Part shown: positions 9,332 through 20,600 of the stretch, in pieces | How the letters are laid out: every line of letters begins with the position of its first letter | Position numbering within the stretch: position 1 is the stretch's first letter | Virus record (IMG/VR): IMGVR_UViG_3300027227_000004 | Source: an uncultured virus (IMG/VR IMGVR_UViG_3300027227_000004) | Taxonomy: Duplodnaviria > Heunggongvirae > Uroviricota > Caudoviricetes | Reading direction: 5' to 3' (one strand) | Length of the DNA stretch: 64,000 bases | Made by a program: the position numbers and the translations under genes | The notes under the pieces: generated by a model | The model's database searches: none | Seen by the model: only the letters and a program-made list of their open reading frames with translations | What the model was told of the DNA's origin: nothing

Positions 9332-9351
9332 TAATAGCTGACCTTAAAGAA
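9332..9351 (+). promoter_or_regulatory. Phage RNAP promoter, +1 G9349, followed by a 5' hairpin
   Basis: TAATAGCTGACCTTAAA|GAAG. Confidence 0.85.
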
Positions 9352-9404
9352 GGGGGCGGCTCCATAGTCGCCTCCATCCTTAAACACATAGGAGAATTCG
9401 CCCC

Positions 9405-11714
9405 ATGGCAACGAAAATTATTTTAAAGAAATCAAGTGTAGCTGGTAATCAGCCTACTACTTCAGATATCGATGTTGGTGAAGTTGCTCTTAACTTAGCT
9501 GATAAAAAACTCTATTCCAAAGACGGTAATAACAATGTTATAGAGATTGGGTCAACAGACTATCAAACTTTGCCTATCAAGGCTGATGTAGCAATTACAA
9601 AAGGCACGCCTCTTTATGCTACAGGTGCTGTTGGTAACTCTGGAGTTATTACTGTCAATAAATTTATCGCCAACAACACAATCGATGAGCTTTATCTTAT
9701 TGGTGTAGCAGAGAAAGACTTTGCTATTGGTGACGTTGGTAAAGCTGTATCTTTTGGTGAGATTAAGGGGATCAATACTACAGGATCCACTGTAGGTCAA
9801 ACTTGGACTAATGGTTCTATTCTTTATGCATCACCCTCTGTTGCTGGTGTCTTGACTAACGTAGCTCCTACTGCCCCTAATTTGACTATCCCTGTAGCTA
9901 TGGTTATTAATGCTCATGCTACTAATGGTATCTTATTTATTCGGCCTAGTAATGGTTTTCATCTTAGTGAATTACATGATGTAGCAATTACCTCTATTGC
10001 TTCAGGGGAGCTTCTTAAGTGGGATGGTACTAAGTGGATCAATAACACTCTTGCTGAAGCTGGTATTCAGCCCTCTGGGTCTTATCTGACGAGTAACCAA
10101 ACTATCACTCTTTCTGGTGATTTGACTGGTTCTGGTACTACTGCTATTAACGCTCAGATTGCTGCCAACGTAGTAGGTGCTAACGAGCTTAATGTTGTTG
10201 GTAATGGGACTACCGCACAGTACTTGCGGTCTGATGGTGATGGTACCTTTACTTGGGCTACTCCACCCGACACCAACACGACCTATGCCGTCGGCAATGG
10301 TGGTCTGACGGAAATCAACTTTACCTCGGCGCTGAACACTAAACTTGCTGGGATTGAGGCTGGGGCAACCGCAGACCAGACTGCTACGGAAATTCTTACA
10401 GCCATTAAGACGGTAGATGGTACAGGCTCTGGCCTAGACGCAGATCTACTTGACGGTCAACATGGCAGCTACTATACAGGCTACGCTGACACCGCTGTAG
10501 CTAACCTTGTTGCTTCTGCCCCAAGCACTCTTGATACTCTCAACGAGCTTGCTGCAGCTTTAGGTGATGACCCTAACTTTGCCACTACTGTAACGAATAA
10601 TATTGCCACTAAGGTTTCTAAGGCTGGTGATACCATGACTGGGGACTTGTCCTTCGGTGACAACGACAAAGCCGTCTTCGGCGCTGGGTCTGACTTGCAG
10701 ATATATCATAGCGGCAGTAACAGCCACATTACGGAAGGTGGCACGGGCAACCTTATTATCCGTGCGGATGACTTCCGTGTGCAAAGCAACGCTGGCGAAG
10801 AATATATTGCAGCAGACGCCAATGGTGCTGTTAGCTTGCGTTACGACAACACAGCCAAACTCTCCACCACCAGCACAGGTGTAGACGTCACTGGGACTAT
10901 CACCAGCGATGGGCTGACTGTGGCTCGTGCAGGTGGTGCAGCAGGTTCTGGAAATGTTGCATATATTGATGTCACATCTTCATTTGGGGGATTATCCATA
11001 AATTCATCTGCGGGAAATAACGCTTTTATTGAGTTTCTGGAAAATGGGGTCAAAACCGCTGGGTTTAACTCTGACGCTACAGCGAATGTTACATCATTGC
11101 AGGCAGCTAATGGTCATGCTCTGGCGTTTAACACCGACGGGACCACAGAACGTATGCGTATCACATCGACAGGATCGGTGGGTATTGGCAACAGCAGCCC
11201 TGATGGACAGCTTACTGTTGGTGGTACTTCTACTTCTGGTGACATTAGCATCCGCATAAAAGGTGACGCAACCAGCCGTGGGTTCCTTATGTTTGGTGAT
11301 GCAGGTGGCGCACAGATTGGCGACATTATGTATGACCACAGCGATAACCATATGCGATTCAGGGTCAATAATTCAGAACGTATGCGTATCGACGTATCAG
11401 GTAACGTCGGTATTGGTACAACTTCGCCCACGCAAAGACTTGACGTAGCTGGCAATATTGCCCTTACGGGTACTGTAGACGGTCGTGACGTTGCTGCTGA
11501 TGGCACTAAACTAGATGGTATCGAAGCAGGTGCTACTGCCGGTGGTGGTGCTGTTGGCGGTGGTAATGATAAAGTATTCTGGGAAAACGATCAGGTAATA
11601 ACCACGAATTACACCATTACTAATGGAAAGAACGCAGGTACTTTTGGACCTATTACAATTAACTCTGGAGTCACTGTAACAGTAGGTGACGGTGAAACAT
11701 GGACGGTAATATAA
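9405..11714 (+). CDS. Long tail fibre protein
   Basis: Same N-terminal motif as 8249 ORF; LDADLLDG, APSTLDTLNELAAALGDDPNFATT, ERMRI...GNVGIGT fibre motifs. Confidence 0.9.
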   Translation: MATKIILKKSSVAGNQPTTSDIDVGEVALNLADKKLYSKDGNNNVIEIGSTDYQTLPIKADVAITKGTPLYATGAVGNSGVITVNKFIANNTIDELYLIGVAEKDFAIGDVGKAVSFGEIKGINTTGSTVGQTWTNGSILYASPSVAGVLTNVAPTAPNLTIPVAMVINAHATNGILFIRPSNGFHLSELHDVAITSIASGELLKWDGTKWINNTLAEAGIQPSGSYLTSNQTITLSGDLTGSGTTAINAQIAANVVGANELNVVGNGTTAQYLRSDGDGTFTWATPPDTNTTYAVGNGGLTEINFTSALNTKLAGIEAGATADQTATEILTAIKTVDGTGSGLDADLLDGQHGSYYTGYADTAVANLVASAPSTLDTLNELAAALGDDPNFATTVTNNIATKVSKAGDTMTGDLSFGDNDKAVFGAGSDLQIYHSGSNSHITEGGTGNLIIRADDFRVQSNAGEEYIAADANGAVSLRYDNTAKLSTTSTGVDVTGTITSDGLTVARAGGAAGSGNVAYIDVTSSFGGLSINSSAGNNAFIEFLENGVKTAGFNSDATANVTSLQAANGHALAFNTDGTTERMRITSTGSVGIGNSSPDGQLTVGGTSTSGDISIRIKGDATSRGFLMFGDAGGAQIGDIMYDHSDNHMRFRVNNSERMRIDVSGNVGIGTTSPTQRLDVAGNIALTGTVDGRDVAADGTKLDGIEAGATAGGGAVGGGNDKVFWENDQVITTNYTITNGKNAGTFGPITINSGVTVTVGDGETWTVI

Positions 11715-12197
11715 ATGGCAAAAATTAAAGTACAAGGAAATACATCAGGTACAGGTACAATCACTCTTGTAACTCCTGCTACTAACTCAAACAGAACAGT
11801 AACACTCCCTGATGCTGATGGTGCTTTGTTAACGAATGCAGGGGCGCTATCTCTTTTTAACGCATCCGGCTCTGCCCCTGTTTTTGCCTGCAGGGCGTGG
11901 GTAAACTTCAACGGTAGCGGGACTGTTTCTGTCCGTGCGAGTGGTAACGTGTCGTCTATTACCGATAACGGGACAGGGCTATACACTATGAATTTCGCAT
12001 CCTCGTTAGTAGATGCGAACTCTAGTCTTACAGGGGTCTGTAGGGAAGCTAGCAGCGGCTACGGCGACTTCGTATCCTTTCCTCTGGGTGGAACCTACAC
12101 CTCTAGTGCTATTATGGTACGGACGACTCGAGCATGGAATGATACACAGAACAACAACACTGACTGCGACATTGTAGACTTGCAGGTGGACAGATGA
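11715..12197 (+). CDS. Fibre-associated protein
   Basis: CRAWVNFNG...ASGNVSSITDNGTG motif typical of fibre-tip modules. Confidence 0.75.
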   Translation: MAKIKVQGNTSGTGTITLVTPATNSNRTVTLPDADGALLTNAGALSLFNASGSAPVFACRAWVNFNGSGTVSVRASGNVSSITDNGTGLYTMNFASSLVDANSSLTGVCREASSGYGDFVSFPLGGTYTSSAIMVRTTRAWNDTQNNNTDCDIVDLQVDR

Positions 12198-12586
12198 CAG
12201 AGTACCGCATCATATTTGAAGATCCTACTGATCCAGATGCACCTGCTATGATCCTTGTGCCTTCACCTAACTGGATGGCTGACGCTATGGCTGGCAATCT
12301 ACCACCAATCAGCGTCTACTGGGCACTGCAGGACGAGGAACAGAAAGCAATCGACGAGGGCCGTCACGAAGGGTTCAAGCACGACCACGATATGTGGATG
12401 CAACAGTTTACTGCACCACGTATTGGCCCTCTTACAGAAGAGGAAGCTATTGATTATTTAATTATGAAAGACATCCCCCGCCGAGTGTGGGGGGTGCGCT
12501 ATAATAGACCTATGTTTAAGGTTGTTACTAAAGATCAAGTACCTTCAGATAGGTTATTCAGAAATGCATGGAGACTAGCTGCATGA
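12194..12586 (+). CDS. Putative tail fibre assembly protein
   Basis: C-terminal VPSDRLFRNAW; position after fibre genes. Confidence 0.6.
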   Translation: MTEYRIIFEDPTDPDAPAMILVPSPNWMADAMAGNLPPISVYWALQDEEQKAIDEGRHEGFKHDHDMWMQQFTAPRIGPLTEEEAIDYLIMKDIPRRVWGVRYNRPMFKVVTKDQVPSDRLFRNAWRLAA

Positions 12587-13014
12587 AAACTTTTATTAAA
12601 ATTGGTGTTATCACCGCAGACGCTGATGAATACCAAGTACCAGACGAAAGATTGTTTCGTGAAGCTTGGACATTTGGAGGCAACCCAGAGAGCGGTGTAA
12701 TTACTGTTGATATGGAAAAAGCAAAAACCATATGGCGAAACAAAATTAGGTTTGCTAGAAAGGATAAGTTAGAAACGTTAGACACAGAATTTATGAAAGC
12801 GTTAGAAACAGGTGCCGATACAACGGATATTATTGCTAGTAAACGAGCGTTAAGAGATGCACCTTCAGACCCTGCCATTGAATCTGCTAATACTCCTGAT
12901 GATCTTAAATCAGTAGCACCATTAGGTTTATCAATCGAAGAGATAAACCCTGATTATAATCCTGTTCTTGAAGCTGCTAGGTTAAAAGCCTTATCACAAT
13001 CTTTAGCGGAGTAA
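12583..13014 (+). CDS. Putative tail fibre assembly protein
   Basis: VPDERLFREAW ... LDTEFMKALE ... KRALRDAP chaperone-like pattern. Confidence 0.65.
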   Translation: MKTFIKIGVITADADEYQVPDERLFREAWTFGGNPESGVITVDMEKAKTIWRNKIRFARKDKLETLDTEFMKALETGADTTDIIASKRALRDAPSDPAIESANTPDDLKSVAPLGLSIEEINPDYNPVLEAARLKALSQSLAE

Positions 13015-13018
13015 TTTT

Positions 13019-14056
13019 ATGTCTAAAGTAACATTAAATGGAACCAATGGTATTTCTGGTTATGACAGTGATGGTACAACTTTATTTACTACAAAAAGCT
13101 TAGCAACATTGAACTCTAATAACTCGACAGTATTCCCATCACCTTCTATATTAAAAATTGAAAGGGGTTTACATGTAGACGCACAGTTAAATCCGCCAGA
13201 GTTGCGATATGTTACAGGTGACTCTACTCTATTAGACCCCTTATTAGATTTAATTATTTCTTCTAACACTTTAAATTATTCTGTGTCAGTTGCTGCAGTC
13301 AATGCTGGGTGGAGTGCATCAAATCCGATTCCAATTAAAGTTACTATTAATCCGGGTATATACGTTTATGCGTCTTCTTATAACAAACCAGCCATTGATA
13401 TTACAAGTTCTTTAAATTTAGTTACAATTGTGAATAGCGGCTATATACTTGGGGGAGGTGGTGATGGCGCCACCGCCACCTCAACAGGCGGTCAAAATGG
13501 AAGCAATGGTATTAGAAGCGCCTTGGCTGCAAATAAACTATTTGTTATAAATAACGCTGATGCATTTATTTGTGGCGGAGGCGGAGGCGGCGGTTCTTCT
13601 GCCGCTGGTGGAGGTGGCGGTGCCGGAGGCGGTCTTGGTGGTAGCGGCTGGAACGGTACGGGTGGCTCAGGGGGTTCCCCCGGTAACGCTGGTAGCGACG
13701 GTATTGGCTCTTTCCGAGGCGGAGGCGGCGGTGCTGGTGGCGGCGGTGGTGGACTTTATGACTATGGCGGAGGTAGCTATTATGGTGGCGGCGGAGGCGG
13801 CGGCGGGCGTAGACCTACTAATGCTACAGGTGGTGCTGAAGGTGCAGGAGGCTACATAGGCCGTGCAGGTGGTGCAAATGGAAGTGCCTCTGCGCCTAGC
13901 AGAACAGCAGAGACTAATGGAGGCGGCGGCGGAGGGGGCGGTTTTGGAGCAAATGGCTCGGCTGGTTATGGAGCCGGGGGCTTTGGTGGTGCTGCTATTA
14001 ACTCAACAAACGCTTATACTTTAACAAACAATGGTACAATTTGGGGGGCGTCTTAA
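13019..14056 (+). CDS. Glycine-rich adhesin-like receptor-binding protein (T2/T6 gp38-like C-terminus)
   Basis: Multiple poly-Gly runs, I.GGGGGGG motif, terminal NNGTIWGAS. Confidence 0.75.
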   Translation: MSKVTLNGTNGISGYDSDGTTLFTTKSLATLNSNNSTVFPSPSILKIERGLHVDAQLNPPELRYVTGDSTLLDPLLDLIISSNTLNYSVSVAAVNAGWSASNPIPIKVTINPGIYVYASSYNKPAIDITSSLNLVTIVNSGYILGGGGDGATATSTGGQNGSNGIRSALAANKLFVINNADAFICGGGGGGGSSAAGGGGGAGGGLGGSGWNGTGGSGGSPGNAGSDGIGSFRGGGGGAGGGGGGLYDYGGGSYYGGGGGGGGRRPTNATGGAEGAGGYIGRAGGANGSASAPSRTAETNGGGGGGGGFGANGSAGYGAGGFGGAAINSTNAYTLTNNGTIWGAS

Positions 14057-14484
14057 TGGCAAGATTAGGTTTAAACCCTGAATGGCATAATGTTTATACT
14101 GTTAGAAACACCCAGACAGGAAATTTAGGTGATGAATACAATACTTATTTAGAAGCCAGAGAGGTCTCTAATCAGATTATTGCCAACCGATACTCGGATA
14201 AGATGAAATTCATTAATATTTGGGTGAAAAAGAATAGAAACGGAAATACATTTCAACCTACTAAAATATATGATCTTTCTGAAGCTGACAATACCGAAAC
14301 TTTTTTTGTGAATAACGCTTTAACAGGCAGAATGTTTAATTGTGAAAGCAAAGAAGAAGTTGAAGCTTATGCAAAAATATTTATGGATCTTGCTATAGAG
14401 AATGAAGATTACAATATAGTTTGGAGAATGTATACTACAGAATCATTCAAAGGAATGATTATGTGGGACCCAGTAACAGAATGA
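14056..14484 (+). CDS. Hypothetical protein
   Basis: TAATG-coupled to the adhesin gene. Confidence 0.65.
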   Translation: MARLGLNPEWHNVYTVRNTQTGNLGDEYNTYLEAREVSNQIIANRYSDKMKFINIWVKKNRNGNTFQPTKIYDLSEADNTETFFVNNALTGRMFNCESKEEVEAYAKIFMDLAIENEDYNIVWRMYTTESFKGMIMWDPVTE

Positions 14485-14499
14485 AATTGGAGAATTTAA

Positions 14500-15300
14500 A
14501 TGTCTAAAGTAATTCTTAATGGTACCAATGGTATTACAGGCTACGAAGCTGATAACGTAACTGTTTCTCTTTCCCAGACTATTTCAGAGCTAAACAGCCT
14601 AGATAATACAACGTTTTTATCAAGCTCTGTTTTAAAACTTGATAATTTAAAAGTAGACGCTATACCCGCTCCTCCTCTTTTAAGATTTGCGGATAATAAT
14701 TTTGAACTAGTACCTATAGTTTTAGCGTTTGTCGAGCAGGCAAGTTCATCAACTGGTACTTTTGTATTAGCGGCTGCGCCACAAGCAGGTGATTTATTAT
14801 TATTTATAGGTGAAACATGGGCGTATAATTATTATGGTGAATCAAATTTACTAAATGGGTTTATTCAAATAGCATATGCTTCTCATGTGTGGAGTTCTCC
14901 GTTTGCATCTTCTGTCAGAATTGGTTATAAAATTGCAACTGGCACAGAGGGGACTTCTATTACGGTAAGAGGGGCTATGCCCTCTCAAGTAGACAGCCTT
15001 GCAGTTTATTCCGCAAATGCTTCAACAGTAACATTGCAAGACTCTTATGTAAATAATAGTCCAGTTAATACTTCTTTTTCTTTACAAAGTAGTCAACTAC
15101 CTGCTATTGCAATTATTGGAGCTGTTGGTTATGGCGGAAGTAATTCTAATATCACTAATGTCACTAATAACTATTTTCTTGATGATACAGGTTATCATTC
15201 TTATGCAGGTGCAATAACAGAAAGCAGTAGCACTAGTTTTACATCGTCTGCTTCAAGTATTACTGGGTGTACAGCCGCTGCACTAATTACCGTATCTTAA
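14500..15300 (+). CDS. Putative second receptor-binding protein sharing its N-terminus with the 13019 ORF
   Basis: MSKVILNGTNGITGY vs MSKVTLNGTNGISGY; Ser/Thr-rich C-terminus. Confidence 0.7.
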   Translation: MSKVILNGTNGITGYEADNVTVSLSQTISELNSLDNTTFLSSSVLKLDNLKVDAIPAPPLLRFADNNFELVPIVLAFVEQASSSTGTFVLAAAPQAGDLLLFIGETWAYNYYGESNLLNGFIQIAYASHVWSSPFASSVRIGYKIATGTEGTSITVRGAMPSQVDSLAVYSANASTVTLQDSYVNNSPVNTSFSLQSSQLPAIAIIGAVGYGGSNSNITNVTNNYFLDDTGYHSYAGAITESSSTSFTSSASSITGCTAAALITVS

Positions 15301-15325
15301 TTACATTTAATAAAAAGGATAATAA

Positions 15326-16009
15326 ATGTCCAAAAGAAAATCTCGCTACGCTCCTAAAACAAATGTTCATCGTATTGGCTTTCATGTTATCCCTAAAAAT
15401 GAAAAGCAGGATGCTTTAATTAAAGCAATTAAGATGAACCCTATTACTGTTACTATTGGCTGCGCTGGTACGGGCAAGACATATTGTAGTACAGGAACTA
15501 TTGCCCAGTTACATATGCAAGGTAAATACAGAAAAATTGTTATTACTCGTGCAAATGTTCCTACGGGTAAAACACTAGGTCATTTCCCCGGTAGCATTCA
15601 AGAGAAGATGACTCCTTGGCTCTTGCCTATGTTAGAAGTACTAGAAAAAGCGTTTGGTAAAGAAAAATACCAATACATGATGAATAAAGGTGAAATTGAA
15701 ATTCAGCCCATTGAAACTATTCGAGGGCGTTCTTACGAGAATGCGCTTGTACTTGTTGATGAGGCTCAAAACTTGTCTATCGATGAATTAAAGGCAATTA
15801 CAACAAGACTTGGAGAAAACTCTAAGTTAGTATTAATGGGCGACCCTGCACAATCTGATGTCAAAGATGGTAAAGACTTACTAAAGTTTTGTACTGTAGT
15901 GCGTAAAGCAGGTATCCAGCTACCTATTATTGAATTCTCAGTAGATGATATCGTTAGATCAGATATTGTAGCAGATCTGGTTAGAGTATTTATTAAAGAA
16001 AACATCTAA
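15326..16009 (+). CDS. phoH: PhoH-family ATPase
   Basis: GCAGTGKT, LGHFPG, RGRSY, DEAQN, TRLGENSK, GDPAQSD, DIVRS motifs. Confidence 0.95.
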   Translation: MSKRKSRYAPKTNVHRIGFHVIPKNEKQDALIKAIKMNPITVTIGCAGTGKTYCSTGTIAQLHMQGKYRKIVITRANVPTGKTLGHFPGSIQEKMTPWLLPMLEVLEKAFGKEKYQYMMNKGEIEIQPIETIRGRSYENALVLVDEAQNLSIDELKAITTRLGENSKLVLMGDPAQSDVKDGKDLLKFCTVVRKAGIQLPIIEFSVDDIVRSDIVADLVRVFIKENI

Positions 16010-16012
16010 TTA

Positions 16013-16032
16013 CAATACCTGACCTTTAAGAA
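16013..16032 (+). promoter_or_regulatory. Phage RNAP promoter, +1 G16030
   Basis: CAATACCTGACCTTTAA|GAAG. Confidence 0.85.
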
Positions 16033-16058
16033 GAAGAAAAACAGAGAAGGGGGCTGAA

Positions 16059-16682
16059 ATGGCTACTTACTATTTCGAGGGGCAACCTATTTTAGCCCCT
16101 TTCACTATTGAATCAAAGAGAATTGTTTTAAGTTCTGAAACAGCATCTCAAAAAATTTTTAGAAGAGCTACTGACAGTCAGCGTTGGGATCTATCTTTTA
16201 GGATTGCTACAAATAATCCACAAGATCTATTTATCTCTATGCTAGATAATGATACAAAAAATAGCACGATGATTATGCCTCAACTTAAATCAGTTGATGA
16301 CCTAGTTTCCCCTATTACTGTTTATCCTTATACTATTGGAACTCACGATGTAGGAGAATCTTCTATTTCCGTTTGGATGAACAATCTTGGCACCTTCAAC
16401 AACAACACTACAGTTATTGCTAAAGGGACTTTTATTAAGTTTGCTAATCACAGTAAAATTTATACTGTCACTGCTAATGTTCAAGAGGGCACTTCAAGAG
16501 AAGTTCCTATCTTTCCTCCACTCCAATCTAACGTGGGTAACGCCGTCTTGCTTCACTTGCCTAATACTCCTATTAAACCTGTTCTTACCTATGTTAGATC
16601 AGTTGAAAACATTTCTGGTATTACTTACACAGACGGTATTATGACTGACGTTGGGACAATTACAATTCAAGAAAGAGTATAA
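16059..16682 (+). CDS. Putative distal tail protein
   Basis: First gene of tail-tip module; QRW...G.FIKF.NH.KIY...IFPPL pattern. Confidence 0.6.
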   Translation: MATYYFEGQPILAPFTIESKRIVLSSETASQKIFRRATDSQRWDLSFRIATNNPQDLFISMLDNDTKNSTMIMPQLKSVDDLVSPITVYPYTIGTHDVGESSISVWMNNLGTFNNNTTVIAKGTFIKFANHSKIYTVTANVQEGTSREVPIFPPLQSNVGNAVLLHLPNTPIKPVLTYVRSVENISGITYTDGIMTDVGTITIQERV

Positions 16683-16685
16683 GGT

Positions 16686-17129
16686 ATGGATAAGTTAGAA
16701 GCATTACAGAAAGCGTATAAAGAAGTTAATAGGATTAAAATCGGGAGAGGCTATCAGTACGGTAAATCGGATTGTTGGACGATGTTCACAATGTATGATC
16801 GAAATTTATTTCCAGACAATAATCTGTTCGGAAAGATAACTAGCTATAGCACTCATACAGTTTTTCATAGAAAAGTTAGAGAGTTAGGCTACACAGATGT
16901 CAAAGAGATGGTAGAGGCGTACGGCTACAAAGTAATAGACTTTTCGAATGTCTCGCTAGGAGATGTGTGTTTCTTTGATTCTAAACTAGTAGACCTTACT
17001 GTTGCCATCTATACAGGCAAAGAATGGTTAAATAGTTCCGATGATCCTAGCTATGAGAAGCTTCCTATGAAATATGTAAAACCAAGAGCAAGAATACTAT
17101 GCAGGAGAGATACAGATGAGAAAGTTTAA
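16686..17129 (+). CDS. NlpC/P60-like tail assembly protein
   Basis: YQYGKSDC...LGDV; the usual catalytic His is not evident. Confidence 0.6.
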   Translation: MDKLEALQKAYKEVNRIKIGRGYQYGKSDCWTMFTMYDRNLFPDNNLFGKITSYSTHTVFHRKVRELGYTDVKEMVEAYGYKVIDFSNVSLGDVCFFDSKLVDLTVAIYTGKEWLNSSDDPSYEKLPMKYVKPRARILCRRDTDEKV

Positions 17130-17679
17130 TAGTTTTGTTTTATCTAAGTTACAAGAAGATCCTGTAAAATTCTTCCCGTTAATTTTTCTTGACTTTAGAA
17201 ATGGCCCTGTATATCTCTCAGCTGGCCCGCACGAGATTGATTTTAATGGAAAAACTTACACAAAAGACTTAGGGATAATCGATTACGTAGCTCCACTGCA
17301 ATCAGCACTAGTAGATAGGCAGACTTTTTCAATTAGTTTTGCGGACAACAACGCAATATTCAAGAATAACGTTTCTAGAACAGAAGCGGGAAGAGCAGCA
17401 AAAATATATTTTGGTTTTTATAACTCAGATGGAACTCCTAATACAGATCCTGCTAACGTAATTCTCGCATACTCTGGTGTTATTGACGATCATAGCTATA
17501 ATAACGATTTTGATCAAGCAGTCTTTAGCATTACACTCTCTTCTCCTTTTGCAGATCTTGGACTTGTCAAAACTCTAATCACAAGTCCAAAAGGTATGGA
17601 CCAAATCAATACTAGTGATACTGCTTTTGATAAGGTGTTAGAAGATAACGAACAAATTATTAAGTGGGGGAAAGTTTAA
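17116..17679 (+). CDS. Minor tail (hub) protein
   Basis: Position; C-terminal D.AF...IIKWGK motif. Confidence 0.65.
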   Translation: MRKFNSFVLSKLQEDPVKFFPLIFLDFRNGPVYLSAGPHEIDFNGKTYTKDLGIIDYVAPLQSALVDRQTFSISFADNNAIFKNNVSRTEAGRAAKIYFGFYNSDGTPNTDPANVILAYSGVIDDHSYNNDFDQAVFSITLSSPFADLGLVKTLITSPKGMDQINTSDTAFDKVLEDNEQIIKWGKV

Positions 17680-20600
17680 TGTCAGCTACAGTAATTACAA
17701 TTGGAACCTTATTTTCGTTTACTACTGGTCAACTTTTATTTACAATAGGTTCTATTGCCTACCAACAATCTCAAGCTAAAAAGATGAAGTCTCGCATGAG
17801 AGCCGCCGAAGAATCTCGCAAGGGGTTTGAATTCACTCGCAAAAGTGAAGCAATGAACCTACCAGTCATTTATGGCTACAACAAGGTAGGCGGTCTTGTA
17901 ACAGATTTAAAGGTTCAGTCTTCTTATACATGGGTTGCTCCCAACGGCTATAGCGCAGCACAGTACTTACCTTCTCCTACTACCTATGATTATAACTCTA
18001 GCACTTACTTTGTTGAGTCCAAGGTTACTGCAGCTGACGTGTCTGATACTGATAACCCAAAAAATATTAGTTCTCACACCGTCAGAGTGATCTGGGCAGG
18101 TGTAGAGCTTTATAATAAGACTTACACCAATAGCGTAGCAGGATTGTTTTTATCAACGGAATATAAGAATATTGAAAACGAACTTTCTAATATTTCTGCA
18201 GGTGGTGACCGTTATTACAGAGGTTCAAGGAAGGATAAGATTGTAAGTGGCCTTACTATCACTTATAAGTACGAAATTAGAAAAGTACTTTCTCCTTCTG
18301 CTATTGTCTTTGGCTCAGACAGAGGATATCAAGGGTCTAAAAATGAAGTATTGCTTACTCAAAATGCAATCTCTTTTGGGGGTATCAATGCCCTAGTCGA
18401 TTTGGATATTGACGAAACCACGGCCTCTAACGATAAATTTAAAGATAGTTTTGTACTTAACTTTTACAAAAATGGTGGGGTAGCGGACCCAATGGCAACT
18501 GCTAATGGGTTTAGTAGCAGCAATCTATTTACTAGCACCGCTTATGCTACCTGCGCTTTCGTACTTAACAGGGATGACCCTCAATATTCAGGAAATCTAC
18601 CTTCACTTAGTTTCTATGTAGAAGGCCAAAGAATTTATGATATTATAGAGAGTAACGGTGTTTATAGCCTGAGTGCGGAAAAGACCTTCTCTAACAACTT
18701 TGCTAGAGTACTATTAGATTATCTTATTAACGGCATCTATGGCAGAGGTCTTTCTATTAACGAAATTGATCTTGAAAGCTTTTATAGAGCTAAAGTTATT
18801 TCAGATACTGTTGTAGATACCAAGCCTTTTGGTGGTAAAGTATATGGCGGGTCTAAACCAACAACGGTCAAACTTTACGAATTTAACGATATCATTGACA
18901 CTGAGCAGGAAGTCAGAGACAACGTAAATAGAATTCTTCAATGTGCTCATCAGGCTTTTCTTGTGTGGTCTGATGGCAGGTATAAACTTAATGTCGAATA
19001 TCCTACTGGAAATCCTTCTGTAGCTAACGGTCTTGTCAATACTAATCATGTCTTTACAGACGCAGATATCGTTAGAGACTCTGCAAATGTTACTTGGCCA
19101 AAGGCAGAAGACAAGTATAATCAGGTGACTGTTCGCTTTTCTAATGCAATTAAGAATTTTAAATCTGATAGCATCACTTGGCCAGAGACATTTTCACAAG
19201 TCTACAATGTATATTTAGGAGAAGACAATGATCAACCACTTAAAACGGAAGTTTCTATTCCGGGGATCATTGATCCTTACCATGCTCAATCAAGAGCAGA
19301 GGAGCTTGTAAGGACTAGCCGCAACACCCATAGGCTATCTATCAAGCTAACTCGCAAGGCCATTACTTTAGAAACTGGTGACTTTTTCCTACTTAAATCT
19401 GAAGTGATTCCAATCAAGAACTTGGCGAACACCGATGGATACGAAATTTATAGAGTACAAAGTGTAGAGTATGATGGTGAGTTAAATGTAAAAATTGAAG
19501 CTCAATCTTTTAACTATCTTAATCTTGCATGGAATATTGGAGATTTCGTAGCGTATCCTGCTTCCACTTTAGTAAACGATGTCATTAAACCTCCTACGAG
19601 TGTATTATTTACCAATACTAACAATGGTATTCTTGGAGTTCAATCTGGAAAACTTACTTGGACAAAATCAAGCTCAGTTGAAGTTGATCAGTATCTTGTA
19701 GAAGTTTCTGCGGATAACAATGCGACGTGGACGACGCTTGGGCAGACCTACGCCTACCAGTTTGATATAACGGGTCTCTCAACTGGTGTATACTCTTTTG
19801 CTGTTAGAGCTATAACACCGCTTGGAAGAAAATCTCCACGGGCGATTGCAGAAGATGCTCAAGGTAACTCTAGTATTACTATTCAGAGAGGAACCCCTGA
19901 CAAGGTTGCTGTTATCTATGCTAACTCGGCGGATGAATTAACAAATAATCAGTCTTATAGCATCGGTAGTAATGCTTATGTTGCCTACTATGTATATAAA
20001 ACTGAAGCACTTCCTACATTACCTATTAGAGCTGGAATTTCTTTCGCTCGATTTGTTGGTCTTGCAGGCAGCAATGGATACAATACCGCAATTGTAACTA
20101 TCTATCAAAAGAACACATCTTCTTCTACACCCCCCGCAGACCCTACAGGCACGTTTACATATACATTCTCTTCTGTTTCTCTAACAGGAGGAACATTAAA
20201 CGGGTGGACAACCTCTTCTCCAAGCTTAGCTCAAGGCGAATATCTTTGGGTAAAACAGGCTACAGCGTATTCTCAATCCAACACGGATTCAATTGCTGCA
20301 ACAGAATTCAGTTCAGCGGTTGTTTTAGGTGTTGCCGGGAAAGACGGTTTTAATGGGCTTAACAGTGTTCCAATTTTCTTATACATAAAAAGCACATCAG
20401 GAACGACGGCTCCCACATCCTTTACTGGTACAGCAACTTATACTTTCTCCACAAAAACTTTATCAGGTCTCACGTTGAATAGTTGGACGCAGACAGCACC
20501 AAGTTTATCTCAAGGAGAATATCTATGGGTCAGACAAGCAATTGCTTCCTCATCTACGAATACAGATACTATTTCAATTGATGAGTGGTCAGCTGCGGCT

